Notes: generated by a model not told the origin, from the sequence alone. Positions 1 to 8,104 are shown, counted from the stretch's first letter. The stretch is 17,778 bases of DNA from Bdellovibrionia bacterium (GCA_049424145.1 JBMSSC010000049.1:1-17778), one strand, 5' to 3'. Numbers and translations are program-made.

Positions 1-2
1 GA

Positions 3-914
3 CTTCAGTTTGATCAACATGGACACTGCACCTATGATCCGGTCACGCGAAAGCCCCGAAGCGTGATGCGCGTCGAGAAGTACGTTGCCATGGATAAGAA
101 TCAAGTCATCTGGCTCAAATGGGGAGAGGGCAACTACCCTGAGCCCACCTACTTTAGTAATTTAAAAGATTACCAAGGAATTTGGATCAAAGTGCCCTCT
201 GAAGCCGGCTTTCGGTTGAACGTGGAAAACCAACTGGACATCTCGCATGTGGCCTATGTCCACGCAGCCTCGTTTGCCCCTCAAGCGCTGCCCGTGATTG
301 AAAAAGGTGCCCGCATCCAATTGGAGAGGGACCGAATCCTCTGGCACTTTGAGGACCCTAAGTTCTACTGGGAACTCGTCTTCCCCAACGTTTGGTCCAA
401 TCCCTTACAAGAGCACTACCTCATGACGCTCATTTATGCTCCCGTCGATGATACGCACACGGAGCTTTACATCGGCTCACACCGCAAATTCCTCGACTTC
501 CCCGTGGCCAAGCAAATCACCGATGAATTCATCTCTCAGATGTACCAAAAGATCACTGAGGAAGACCAAAAGGTGGTCCGCTCGCAGCAACGAGCCCTGT
601 TATCCGCAAGCCAAAGCAAACGAGAGTTCCTCGTGCGTGAGGATGATCGAACCATTCGACACTTTAGAAAGTGGCTTGCGTGCAAGTGGCCGTTTCAGTG
701 CAAATTGGCCACCTATCCCGCACTTGCTCCTGAGATTGAACCCGAGCTTCAATTGGGCTTAGGCAGCGGCCCAAGCATCCAGGCCACAGAGACGCAAGAA
801 GAGGCTCAACCCGTTGACCTACTTCAAGAGGTCAACGAAGACATCAATGAAGAACTCAATGAAGAAACAAGTGAAGAGTCCGGTCGCGACCCACGCACAG
901 GAGGCGCCTCATGA
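3..914 (+). CDS. Rieske non-heme iron oxygenase, alpha subunit (VanA/KshA/PaO-like group); 5'-partial, runs off the left edge
   Basis: The frame of the listed 63..914 ORF is open back to position 3 and reads LQFDQHGHCTYDP, the segment that follows the Rieske CxxHG motif. Mononuclear-iron motif ENQLDISHVAYVH, downstream EEDQKVV carboxylate ligand, and a D-x-x-I-x-x-F-R-x-W end motif. Acidic low-complexity tail. Clearly paralogous to the next gene. Confidence 0.9.
   Translation, partial: LQFDQHGHCTYDPVTRKPRSVMRVEKYVAMDKNQVIWLKWGEGNYPEPTYFSNLKDYQGIWIKVPSEAGFRLNVENQLDISHVAYVHAASFAPQALPVIEKGARIQLERDRILWHFEDPKFYWELVFPNVWSNPLQEHYLMTLIYAPVDDTHTELYIGSHRKFLDFPVAKQITDEFISQMYQKITEEDQKVVRSQQRALLSASQSKREFLVREDDRTIRHFRKWLACKWPFQCKLATYPALAPEIEPELQLGLGSGPSIQATETQEEAQPVDLLQEVNEDINEELNEETSEESGRDPRTGGAS
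825..878 (+). repeat. Degenerate 12-bp coding tandem repeat (about 4.5 copies) in the acidic tail of the first Rieske oxygenase
   Basis: caagaggtcaac / gaagacatcaat / gaagaactcaat / gaagaaacaagt / gaagag, encoding QEVN-EDIN-EELN-EETS-EE. Confidence 0.7.
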
Positions 915-2242
915 ACCGTATCCCCGGAATTTTCTCATCCCAGACTCTACACGGAGCCCTGGGCGTACCCCTGATTTTTTGCCTCTCCCTGCTCACCTTA
1001 GGAGCCCCTCAAGCCCAAGCCGGCATGACCTCCTTCAACCCAAGCTCGGCTCGCGTGCGGCACTCCCCGCAAGCCCCGCTCCGGTGGGCGGAAGCCCCGG
1101 GAATGCCTCCTCGTTCCCACTCCCGCTTTGGACTAAACCCCGGTCCCATGAGCCCTTCGTCTGATGCGGCAAGCCAGCAGGAGGAGTCGCTCACTCCGTG
1201 TGCCCTACCGCCTGGATCTCAACCGCTAACCGCGTTAGGGCCAAGGCCTAGGAACAATCCCAAAGGAATGAACCTTCCTTCTGGCTGGTATGTCATTGCC
1301 TCCTCCTTGGATCTGCAAGAAGGACAACTCTTGGGTGTTCAGCGTTTCAATGAGCCCTTGGTGATTTGGAAAAAACAGGGGCAGCTTTCAGTTTTTCAAG
1401 ATCGTTGTCCCCATCGCCACGCCAAACTGAGCCAAGGCAAAGTCGGCCTCTTAGGACTCCAATGTCGCTACCACGGCATTGAGTTTAACTCCCAAGGGAG
1501 GGCTGAATGGATTCCTGAACTCGGACGAGGCGCACCTCTTCTGTGCGTGCAGCAGTACCCTGCTGTGGAGAAAGATGGATGGATCTGGGCCTACTGGGGA
1601 TCCAATCCCTCGGTGCCTCCTCTTGCAAGTGAGCCTCCTTCAGCCTCCATTGAAACTCAAAATCTCATCTACACCACCCTAGTCAAGCGAACCTGGAAAA
1701 CACACATCACGCGGGCCATTGAAAGTCAGCTCGATTACGCTCATCTCCCCACCGTCCACACCATCTTAGGACAATTCTCTCCCAATGCTCGCACTCATCC
1801 CACCATCATCGAATCTCAGGAGCACATCCGCTGGTACTTTGATTCGCCCGAATCCTATGCCGAGCTTCAGCTTCCCAATCTCTGGACCCTAGTCCTCCCC
1901 GGCGGCCTTGTTTTAAAAATCGCCTTTGCTCCCATCGATGCTGAGACGACTGAAATCTTAGCTCAAAGTGGATACCGAAAATGGGGAGACAACGCTTATT
2001 TGGACTCCCTCTCTGAGCGCGGAGTTCACGACCCCTTTTTACACTGGATCTCACAAGCCTGGACGTCCCACGTCCTGAGTGAGGATCAAAGCGTGGTTGA
2101 AACTCAACGTCCTTTGGATTCAAGAGATGCCCGCTCCGAAGTGCTGCTGAAAAGCGATGCGCTCATTCAGTGGTATCGAAACCGAATGCAGATTCAATCC
2201 TCGGTCACCCGAAGCGAGGACTCCGATCCTGAGCTGTTTTAA
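911..2242 (+). CDS. Rieske [2Fe-2S] non-heme iron oxygenase, alpha subunit, with about 120-aa N-terminal extension
   Basis: GWYVIA start of the Rieske domain; DRCPHR and QCRYHG cluster ligands; ESQLDYAHLPTVH iron motif; SEDQSVVETQ. The start at 911 is supported by AGGAGG at 900-905 and an ATGA overlap with the upstream stop. Alternative in-frame ATG at 1268. Confidence 0.92.
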   Translation: MNRIPGIFSSQTLHGALGVPLIFCLSLLTLGAPQAQAGMTSFNPSSARVRHSPQAPLRWAEAPGMPPRSHSRFGLNPGPMSPSSDAASQQEESLTPCALPPGSQPLTALGPRPRNNPKGMNLPSGWYVIASSLDLQEGQLLGVQRFNEPLVIWKKQGQLSVFQDRCPHRHAKLSQGKVGLLGLQCRYHGIEFNSQGRAEWIPELGRGAPLLCVQQYPAVEKDGWIWAYWGSNPSVPPLASEPPSASIETQNLIYTTLVKRTWKTHITRAIESQLDYAHLPTVHTILGQFSPNARTHPTIIESQEHIRWYFDSPESYAELQLPNLWTLVLPGGLVLKIAFAPIDAETTEILAQSGYRKWGDNAYLDSLSERGVHDPFLHWISQAWTSHVLSEDQSVVETQRPLDSRDARSEVLLKSDALIQWYRNRMQIQSSVTRSEDSDPELF

Positions 2243-2278
2243 GGCCTTCCAGAATTCCAAAAAGGTGCAGACAGAAAC

Positions 2279-3040
2279 CTATGGTTGACCCACGGCGTTT
2301 GCCAGATCCGTCCAATACTGAATTCGATCGCCCAAGTCTCCAAAGAGCTCGGATGAGCCAGAAGATGGAGACACAAAACGGCTCTCGCTGAACTCAGGGG
2401 CAAAAACATCTTGCTCTTGTTGTTCAGGTTGAGTCGAATGACGATGAAACTTCTGAAGCTCTCTTAAAATCAGCTGATTGTGGGTCACACAGGTTTGGGC
2501 AACGGATAAAATCTGCTTCAACCCTCTCGGTGAAACGAGGTCTGGCTTTTGAATGGTCTCAACAATTAAAATCACATCGGGGATCGGAAGATCACAGATG
2601 GAACTTCCGTTTTGAGTATAGCAATTCGGATGCGAGTCAAACGCCACATCCATAATCTCCTCACACCGATCTTTTTGCCAAGGAGGCGTAACAAAGGGGA
2701 CTAATGAATCCTGCAAGCACTGCCGTGTGGTGAGCACCCAGCGTTTTCCCTGTGAGCTAAATTTCTGCTGTTCAGAAAATCGCATGCAGTATTTATGACC
2801 ATACCCGAGAGCATATCCTTTTGCCCCACATTCATGGGATTCCTCTAAACACTGGGGATAAAATTGGCAGTCGCCATCTGGATTCAAACACTCGGGGCTC
2901 CAGGCTAAAGCTGGGTTTGGACTCAAAGAGAGGAGCGCAAGAAAAATCAACAGAAGCTCAAGACCTAAGTGAAAAAACCTCAATTGCTTTGTTTGCATTC
3001 CAGGTAAACCGTGACGCAACCTGACTTTTCTATTCCACAT
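2279..3040 (-). CDS. Secreted cysteine-rich protein, stanniocalcin-like domain
   Basis: Hydrophobic signal LLLIFLALLSLSPNPALA, then 10 Cys in the pattern C..C.FY..CLE....CG..GY.L.YG.KYC..F...FS.QG..W...TR.CLQ..L...C......AF.SH..CY....SICDLP. ATG 3040 is preferred over 3115 because AAAGGGGG lies just upstream on the minus strand; ATG 2998 is also possible. The family call is from recall. Confidence 0.75.
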   Translation of the reverse strand: MWNRKVRLRHGLPGMQTKQLRFFHLGLELLLIFLALLSLSPNPALAWSPECLNPDGDCQFYPQCLEESHECGAKGYALGYGHKYCMRFSEQQKFSSQGKRWVLTTRQCLQDSLVPFVTPPWQKDRCEEIMDVAFDSHPNCYTQNGSSICDLPIPDVILIVETIQKPDLVSPRGLKQILSVAQTCVTHNQLILRELQKFHRHSTQPEQQEQDVFAPEFSESRFVSPSSGSSELFGDLGDRIQYWTDLANAVGQP

Positions 3041-3156
3041 CACTACCCCCTTTTTTGTCGGCCAAAGAACCGAAATCCCACTTCTGATGCACCGGACCCG
3101 TGAGTTTCCAGCCATTGGTCTTTTTTTTGAGCTGTTTTTCTACTCCCAGATGCAGT

Positions 3157-3175
3157 GATCATCCCAGGGATGATC
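3157..3175. promoter_or_regulatory. Perfect 9-1-9 palindrome, candidate operator in the divergent intergenic region
   Basis: GATCATCCC-A-GGGATGATC between divergently transcribed genes. The palindrome is directly visible; its function is inferred. Confidence 0.45.
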
Positions 3176-3434
3176 CCCTGTGGATTTTTTACCTGGACCT
3201 CCTCCCGTGAGTAAATGAAAATTCTATTTAGGATAAAAAAAATTTGCCTTTTTAGGCTTTGTCCCATAGACCTGTAAATGGGGGCTTTTTTTCTCTCAAG
3301 AACTTCCTAGAAGCGAACTGACATTGATCCACGGGCACGGCTTCTACTAAAGCGCCCAGGCGCGATGAGCTTTTCTCTTAGGAACCCTTGAGCCAATTTG
3401 AGTTTGAATTGAAAAAAACGAGGGGGAATCATCC

Positions 3435-4415
3435 ATGAGCGCATCTATCCATTCATCTGAGATCCGTCAATTCAAGGCACGACAAAGTCTGAACAAATCC
3501 TTTTGGAGCAGCACCCCCGCGCCCTCCTTGAAGACTTCAGCACTTCTACCGATCTTCGCATGGAGCCTCTGCGTTTTGAGTTCGCCCACTTGGGCTGGGG
3601 GTTTTGAAGAACCCCCTTATCTAACCGAGACAGAAAACCATTCAGATTGGATTACCCCTCCTCACATCGCAGAGGTTCAAGAGGTTCAAAAAAACCAGGA
3701 GTCTCAGAACTCCTTAGAAGCCCAGAGCGAACCTGCTGAGTTCACCCCTGACTTTCCCAAGTCGATTGAACCCGTCTTACATGGGGTCATCACTTCCGCT
3801 GAATTAGCAAACGTCGCCTTGGATCAAATTATTAACTTGGGGAAAAAGTTCTGGTCCGTCGTTGAAGCCAACCAACCCGTCGTGAGCTTAGCTTCGGATC
3901 GAGCCCATGCCATTCCCGCTGGCGTGCAAGGCTGGGAACAAATGCAAAATTGGCAAAGCCCGATTTCTAAAATGTTTCGAGTCACGTATCGAAACTTTTG
4001 TGGCCAACCCGACGTGGAGTTTACCTATCGCTTACTTTACACCCCTGGTGGATCCGTTTCAGGTCGTGGACAATACCTCTCCAATATTGCCGTAATTCCA
4101 GCGGATCTGACCGTCAACAAAGGACTGAACTTTAATGTTCAAGTCACCGTGGGCAGCATTACGAATTCCGGCTCATTGGAATCCCCAGTGGCTGCAGCTG
4201 AGATCCACGTTTGCTGGCAGCTAAAAAACTGGGCCAAACAAACGCAAAGCTGTCATAGTTTCTACATTCGCGGGGACGGATACTTTCAAAACATCAATGG
4301 AGAGGTTGAAGCTTTAGAACACCCTTCGTCAGAACAACACAAGCTTGCTGCCGAGAATCTCCACTCACATAACCCCTTCCCCCCCTCTGGCTCCCTGGGC
4401 GACATCGAAGAATAG
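3435..4415 (+). CDS. Secreted hypothetical protein: signal peptide, acidic linker, amphipathic helix, beta-rich domain
   Basis: 326-aa ORF with an AGGGGG Shine-Dalgarno-like site upstream; hydrophobic LLPIFAWSLCVLSSPTWA; core LDQIINLGKKFWSVVEANQPVV...AIPAG..W.....W..P...GG...GRGQYL...P...N.G....PVA. Resembles, from memory, a conserved hypothetical family of Bdellovibrio-like bacteria. Confidence 0.8.
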   Translation: MSASIHSSEIRQFKARQSLNKSFWSSTPAPSLKTSALLPIFAWSLCVLSSPTWAGGFEEPPYLTETENHSDWITPPHIAEVQEVQKNQESQNSLEAQSEPAEFTPDFPKSIEPVLHGVITSAELANVALDQIINLGKKFWSVVEANQPVVSLASDRAHAIPAGVQGWEQMQNWQSPISKMFRVTYRNFCGQPDVEFTYRLLYTPGGSVSGRGQYLSNIAVIPADLTVNKGLNFNVQVTVGSITNSGSLESPVAAAEIHVCWQLKNWAKQTQSCHSFYIRGDGYFQNINGEVEALEHPSSEQHKLAAENLHSHNPFPPSGSLGDIEE

Positions 4416-4471
4416 AGAATTGGGCCCGATCCCCTCACCGGGTTGATCCCCTGTTCACGATTGGAAATCTC

Positions 4472-4480
4472 TGGTAGACT
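4472..4480 (+). promoter_or_regulatory. Candidate extended -10 promoter for the metH operon (possibly leaderless)
   Basis: TG-g-TAGACT lies 6 nt upstream of ATG 4487, with no Shine-Dalgarno between them. Confidence 0.45.
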
Positions 4481-4486
4481 TCGCCA

Positions 4487-7400
4487 ATGCGAAAAAGCAC
4501 GCGAGTAGACCCGCTTTTTTCAGCCCTAAGGCGTCGTGTCTTAGTCCTCGATGGCGCCATGGGAACTCGTCTGCAGGCTGAATACCCAGAGAGTTCAAAA
4601 TCAAACGAAAGCACTCACCTGAGCTGCTCGGAACTCCTAAACCTCACTCACCCCTTACGAATTGCCACCCTCCACCGCGCTTACCTCCAAGTGGGATGCG
4701 ACATCATTCAGACTCACACCTTTTCTGCCGATCCCCTGAGTTTAAGACGCTTGGGGTTAGAAAAACAAAGTCACTCCATCAACCTTGCTGCCGCCCAAAT
4801 CGCAAAACAAGTGGCCATTGAATTCTCTACTCCCTCTCACCCTCGGTTTGTAGCCGGAGTCTTAGGTCCAACTCCCCTCTCCACTTGGAGCACCCCGTTG
4901 CCCCCTCCGTCTCAGGACCCAGCCTTCCTTCCTCAGAACCTCACTGAAGCCTACTTTCTTCAAGCCCAAGCCCTCTGGGACGGGGGCGTTGATTTTTTAC
5001 TTTTTGAAACAACTCAAGACATCCGATCCCTTCGCTGTGGACTTGCAGCAGTCCAAGCTCTGAGTCAAAAAACGGGTGAATCGATTCCCGTGGCCGCCTC
5101 TGTGACTCTTGAACCTCAAGGCGTAATGCTCTCGGGCCAAAACCTTCGAGCCCTGCTTGCCTCCTTGACGCATTGGGATCTGCTTTACTTAGGGATCAAC
5201 TGTGGCACGGGAGCCGAGTTTATGACCGATGCATTGGCGACACTCGCCACTCACTCCCCGTTTCCGGTGGCCTGCGTTCCCAATGCAGGATTCCCGGATG
5301 CAAGCGGATATTATCTGGAGAGTCCGTCTACCTTCTCCCATGTCATGTCTCGATTTTTAAGCCACGGGTGGGTGAACCTCGTAGGCGGCTGTTGTGGCAC
5401 CACGGAATCGCACCTCGAAGCACTCGTAAAAGTTGCTCAAACGGCTCCTGCAAGGCCCCTGCCCCTGTTGAGCCCCCCTCCGATCTTCTCAGGACTCGAG
5501 GCTTGTGAGATCAAAACCCAATCGGGGCCAAGACTCGTTCCCCCGACCCTAAGCCCGCTTTCATTGGATCACTCCAAATCAGTTCAATCCCCTGGGGCTT
5601 CTCACCCATGGATTGAACAGGCCCGCATTGAGATCCAAGCAGGAGCTCACTTCATCCCGCTTGAGCTCGACCCCCCAGATCACTTCAACTTCAACTCGAT
5701 GAAGCCACTCATCCAACGGGGCTGCGAAACCCTACGAGCGCCGTTTTTATTCATCTCCCAAGACCTGCAACGACTCACCTGGGCTCTCCACATAGCACCA
5801 GGGAAATCCCTCATCCTCTACAAAAAGGCTCAACTCACCCCAAAGGACCTTGAAACTCTCCTCGAATTGCATCAAAACTTAGGGGCAGGAATCGTGCTCC
5901 CACTTAAGCTCTCCTCCCCAACTTCACACACCCCGTGGTCGCCCCCCGATGCACGAACCATCGACGCGTGGCTGAAAAACCCCAGGGTCGATCCCAAACA
6001 CCTCGTAATTCACATTCAGTGGATGGGGAACTCAAGCCTCCCCTCTTTTTTTTCGCAAAGCCCGAAAATCATTTTGGCCCTGCAGAGAATTCGACAAACC
6101 TGGCCTCAATGCCTCCTGGCTCTCTCAGGAATCGATCCCAAGAAGTGGAAGAAAAAACAACTCTTAGCCGAAACACAGGAAGCCTTAGCCAGCCTCTGGA
6201 CCCACTTCACACACTCCCAAGGAGTGGATCTGCACTGGGGCCCTTGGACTCCTCTCGTGCCCAAGGAGAAACTTCCGACCCGCGTCCTTAGGCTGGCTCA
6301 ACCTCTCTTTTTTTCTTCAACAAAACTGGATCAAAAAGACGCTTGGAGGGAACTGAAGACCCATTTTGCCAAGTCCACCGAAAACCACCCCAACCGCTTA
6401 AAGCCCACCTCCCTTTCTCCCGATGAGCGTCTCAAAAACCTCATTTTAAGCGGATCCAAAGAGGGAATCCATGAGCTCATCGAAGCGTCCGTAAAAAGAA
6501 ATAAAGCGTCGCCACCTCTTCAAGATACCCTTCTTGAGGCCATGAACGAGGTCGGAAGGCGATACGCCAATCGATCGATGATTTTAAGCGAAGTCCTGCA
6601 GTCCGCTGAAGTGATGAAAATCGCTTTGGGCCTCTTGCAGGAGCACCTCCCCCCTCAGGAAACCCCTGGGTCAAAAAAGAAAGTCCTCCTCGCCACTCCT
6701 CACGGCGACGTCCATGAGATCGGAAAAAATCTCGTCTCCATCATCTTAGCCAACACCGGCTTTGAAGTGATTGACTTAGGCACTCAAATCACCTCCGAAC
6801 AACTGATTGCAGCCATTGCGCAGCACCAGCCCGACCTGATCGCTCTATCGGGCCTTCTGATGAAGTCGGCCCATGAGATGCTCAACACTGCACATCGCCT
6901 CACTCAAGCAGGCATCTCCACACCCCTTCTAGTCGGAGGAGCCGCGGTTTCTCAAAAGTTTGTTCATCAAAAACTGTCTTCAGCCTATCCTCAGGGAACC
7001 GTTGTTTATGCTGAAAACGTGATGCACGGCCTGCAGCTGGCACAAGCCCTAGTTGACCCCGACAAACACCTCACCTTGAAGCAATCCTTGGAGGAAAAAC
7101 GAGCCCAACCCGGCTCTGAGAAACCTAGGCTCGCTCTCAGATCCTTCGCTTCCCCCCAGATTCGATCCACTCAGATCGCCCCACTGCCCTCGCCTCCAGA
7201 GCCTCTGGACTTTCGTCGTCACGTTTTGGACAACACACCCCTGGATCAAATCTGGGCCTTTGTGAATCCCCTGATGCTTTATGGCAGGCACCTCGGCATC
7301 CGAGGCGCTACCGTTCGATTATTCGAATCCATGTCCCATGAGCCTGAGACTAGAAGACTTTTAGAAAAGCAAGAACCGCAGGCCGTAAAGATCTGGGATG

Positions 7401-8104
7401 CGGTGGAGGAGATCAAATCGAAGTATCGAAACACGGAGATTTTAAGACCACGCGGGATTTTTCAGTTCTTTCGAGCTCACAGCCAAGGAAACCAAATTCA
7501 ACTCTTCCCAGAGGACCATAACTCACTTCTCACGTCTCAGCGCTGGGGCTTTGAGTTTCCCCGGCAACGCATCCCAGACGGTCTATGCCTAGCGGATTAT
7601 GTAAGCCCTGCACTCCTCTCCCACCCCACTGGAAGCACACCCCAGGATAGTGTTGCTCTTTTTATTGTGACCATCGGCAGGGGTGTCCGAGAGCTCGCCG
7701 AATCGTTAAAAAGCCGCGGGGACTACTTCCACTCTCACCTCATTCAAGCGTTAGCCTTAGAATCAGCCGAAGCCTATGCCGAGTGGGTGCATGCCAAGAT
7801 CAGAAAGGCTTGGGGATTTGCCGATCCACCTGAAATGACCCTCTTGGAGAAGTTTCAATCCAAGTATCGAGGCAAGCGCTACTCCTTTGGATACCCCGCT
7901 TGCCCTCGATTGGAGGATCAAGCCCAGCTTTTTGAGATCCTAAATCCCAATGACATCGGAGTCACACTCACCGATGGATGGATGATGGAGCCTGAAGCTT
8001 CCATCTCAGCGCTTGTGTTTCACCACCCTCAGTGTTCTTATTTCTCAGTGGGTCAAACGGCCCTGGACGGAGTGATCGGAGAGGGTGATGAAGACAAGCG
8101 ATAA
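4487..8104 (+). CDS. metH: Cobalamin-dependent methionine synthase homologue with a degenerate methyl-folate (pterin-binding) domain
   Basis: Hcy domain: VLVLDGAMGT, FETTQD, GINCGTG, PNAGFP, GGCCGTT (three Zn Cys intact). Cap: AMNEVGRRY..EVLQSAEVMK. B12 domain: GDVHEIGKNLV, DLG, SGLL, GGAA. AdoMet domain: FPRQ..LCLADY, AEAYAEWVH, RYSFGYPACP, MEPEASISA. The middle domain has the expected length but lacks the folate signatures. Confidence 0.93.
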   Translation: MRKSTRVDPLFSALRRRVLVLDGAMGTRLQAEYPESSKSNESTHLSCSELLNLTHPLRIATLHRAYLQVGCDIIQTHTFSADPLSLRRLGLEKQSHSINLAAAQIAKQVAIEFSTPSHPRFVAGVLGPTPLSTWSTPLPPPSQDPAFLPQNLTEAYFLQAQALWDGGVDFLLFETTQDIRSLRCGLAAVQALSQKTGESIPVAASVTLEPQGVMLSGQNLRALLASLTHWDLLYLGINCGTGAEFMTDALATLATHSPFPVACVPNAGFPDASGYYLESPSTFSHVMSRFLSHGWVNLVGGCCGTTESHLEALVKVAQTAPARPLPLLSPPPIFSGLEACEIKTQSGPRLVPPTLSPLSLDHSKSVQSPGASHPWIEQARIEIQAGAHFIPLELDPPDHFNFNSMKPLIQRGCETLRAPFLFISQDLQRLTWALHIAPGKSLILYKKAQLTPKDLETLLELHQNLGAGIVLPLKLSSPTSHTPWSPPDARTIDAWLKNPRVDPKHLVIHIQWMGNSSLPSFFSQSPKIILALQRIRQTWPQCLLALSGIDPKKWKKKQLLAETQEALASLWTHFTHSQGVDLHWGPWTPLVPKEKLPTRVLRLAQPLFFSSTKLDQKDAWRELKTHFAKSTENHPNRLKPTSLSPDERLKNLILSGSKEGIHELIEASVKRNKASPPLQDTLLEAMNEVGRRYANRSMILSEVLQSAEVMKIALGLLQEHLPPQETPGSKKKVLLATPHGDVHEIGKNLVSIILANTGFEVIDLGTQITSEQLIAAIAQHQPDLIALSGLLMKSAHEMLNTAHRLTQAGISTPLLVGGAAVSQKFVHQKLSSAYPQGTVVYAENVMHGLQLAQALVDPDKHLTLKQSLEEKRAQPGSEKPRLALRSFASPQIRSTQIAPLPSPPEPLDFRRHVLDNTPLDQIWAFVNPLMLYGRHLGIRGATVRLFESMSHEPETRRLLEKQEPQAVKIWDAVEEIKSKYRNTEILRPRGIFQFFRAHSQGNQIQLFPEDHNSLLTSQRWGFEFPRQRIPDGLCLADYVSPALLSHPTGSTPQDSVALFIVTIGRGVRELAESLKSRGDYFHSHLIQALALESAEAYAEWVHAKIRKAWGFADPPEMTLLEKFQSKYRGKRYSFGYPACPRLEDQAQLFEILNPNDIGVTLTDGWMMEPEASISALVFHHPQCSYFSVGQTALDGVIGEGDEDKR

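Noticed and set aside
3..2242. Rieske demethylases as the methyl source for the MetH/core-MetE pair
   Set aside because: Rieske demethylases release formaldehyde rather than transferring methyl to a corrinoid, and the genes are in a separate transcription unit.
2243..2278. Bidirectional terminator between the convergent genes
   Set aside because: No convincing GC-rich stem with a U-tract.
3041..3115. Longer N-terminus for the Cys-rich gene as given in the ORF track
   Set aside because: The SD-like AAAGGGGG precedes ATG 3040, and the extension would push the signal peptide about 50 residues from the start.
4416..4486. Cobalamin or SAM riboswitch upstream of metH
   Set aside because: Only 71 bp of intergenic space, no recognisable B12-box or SAM-I core, and a promoter-like element abuts the ATG.
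5935..6291. Alternative-frame ORF as evidence that a frameshift explains the odd MetH folate domain
   Set aside because: Its translation has no pterin-binding motifs, and the main frame still aligns positionally with the canonical domain throughout.
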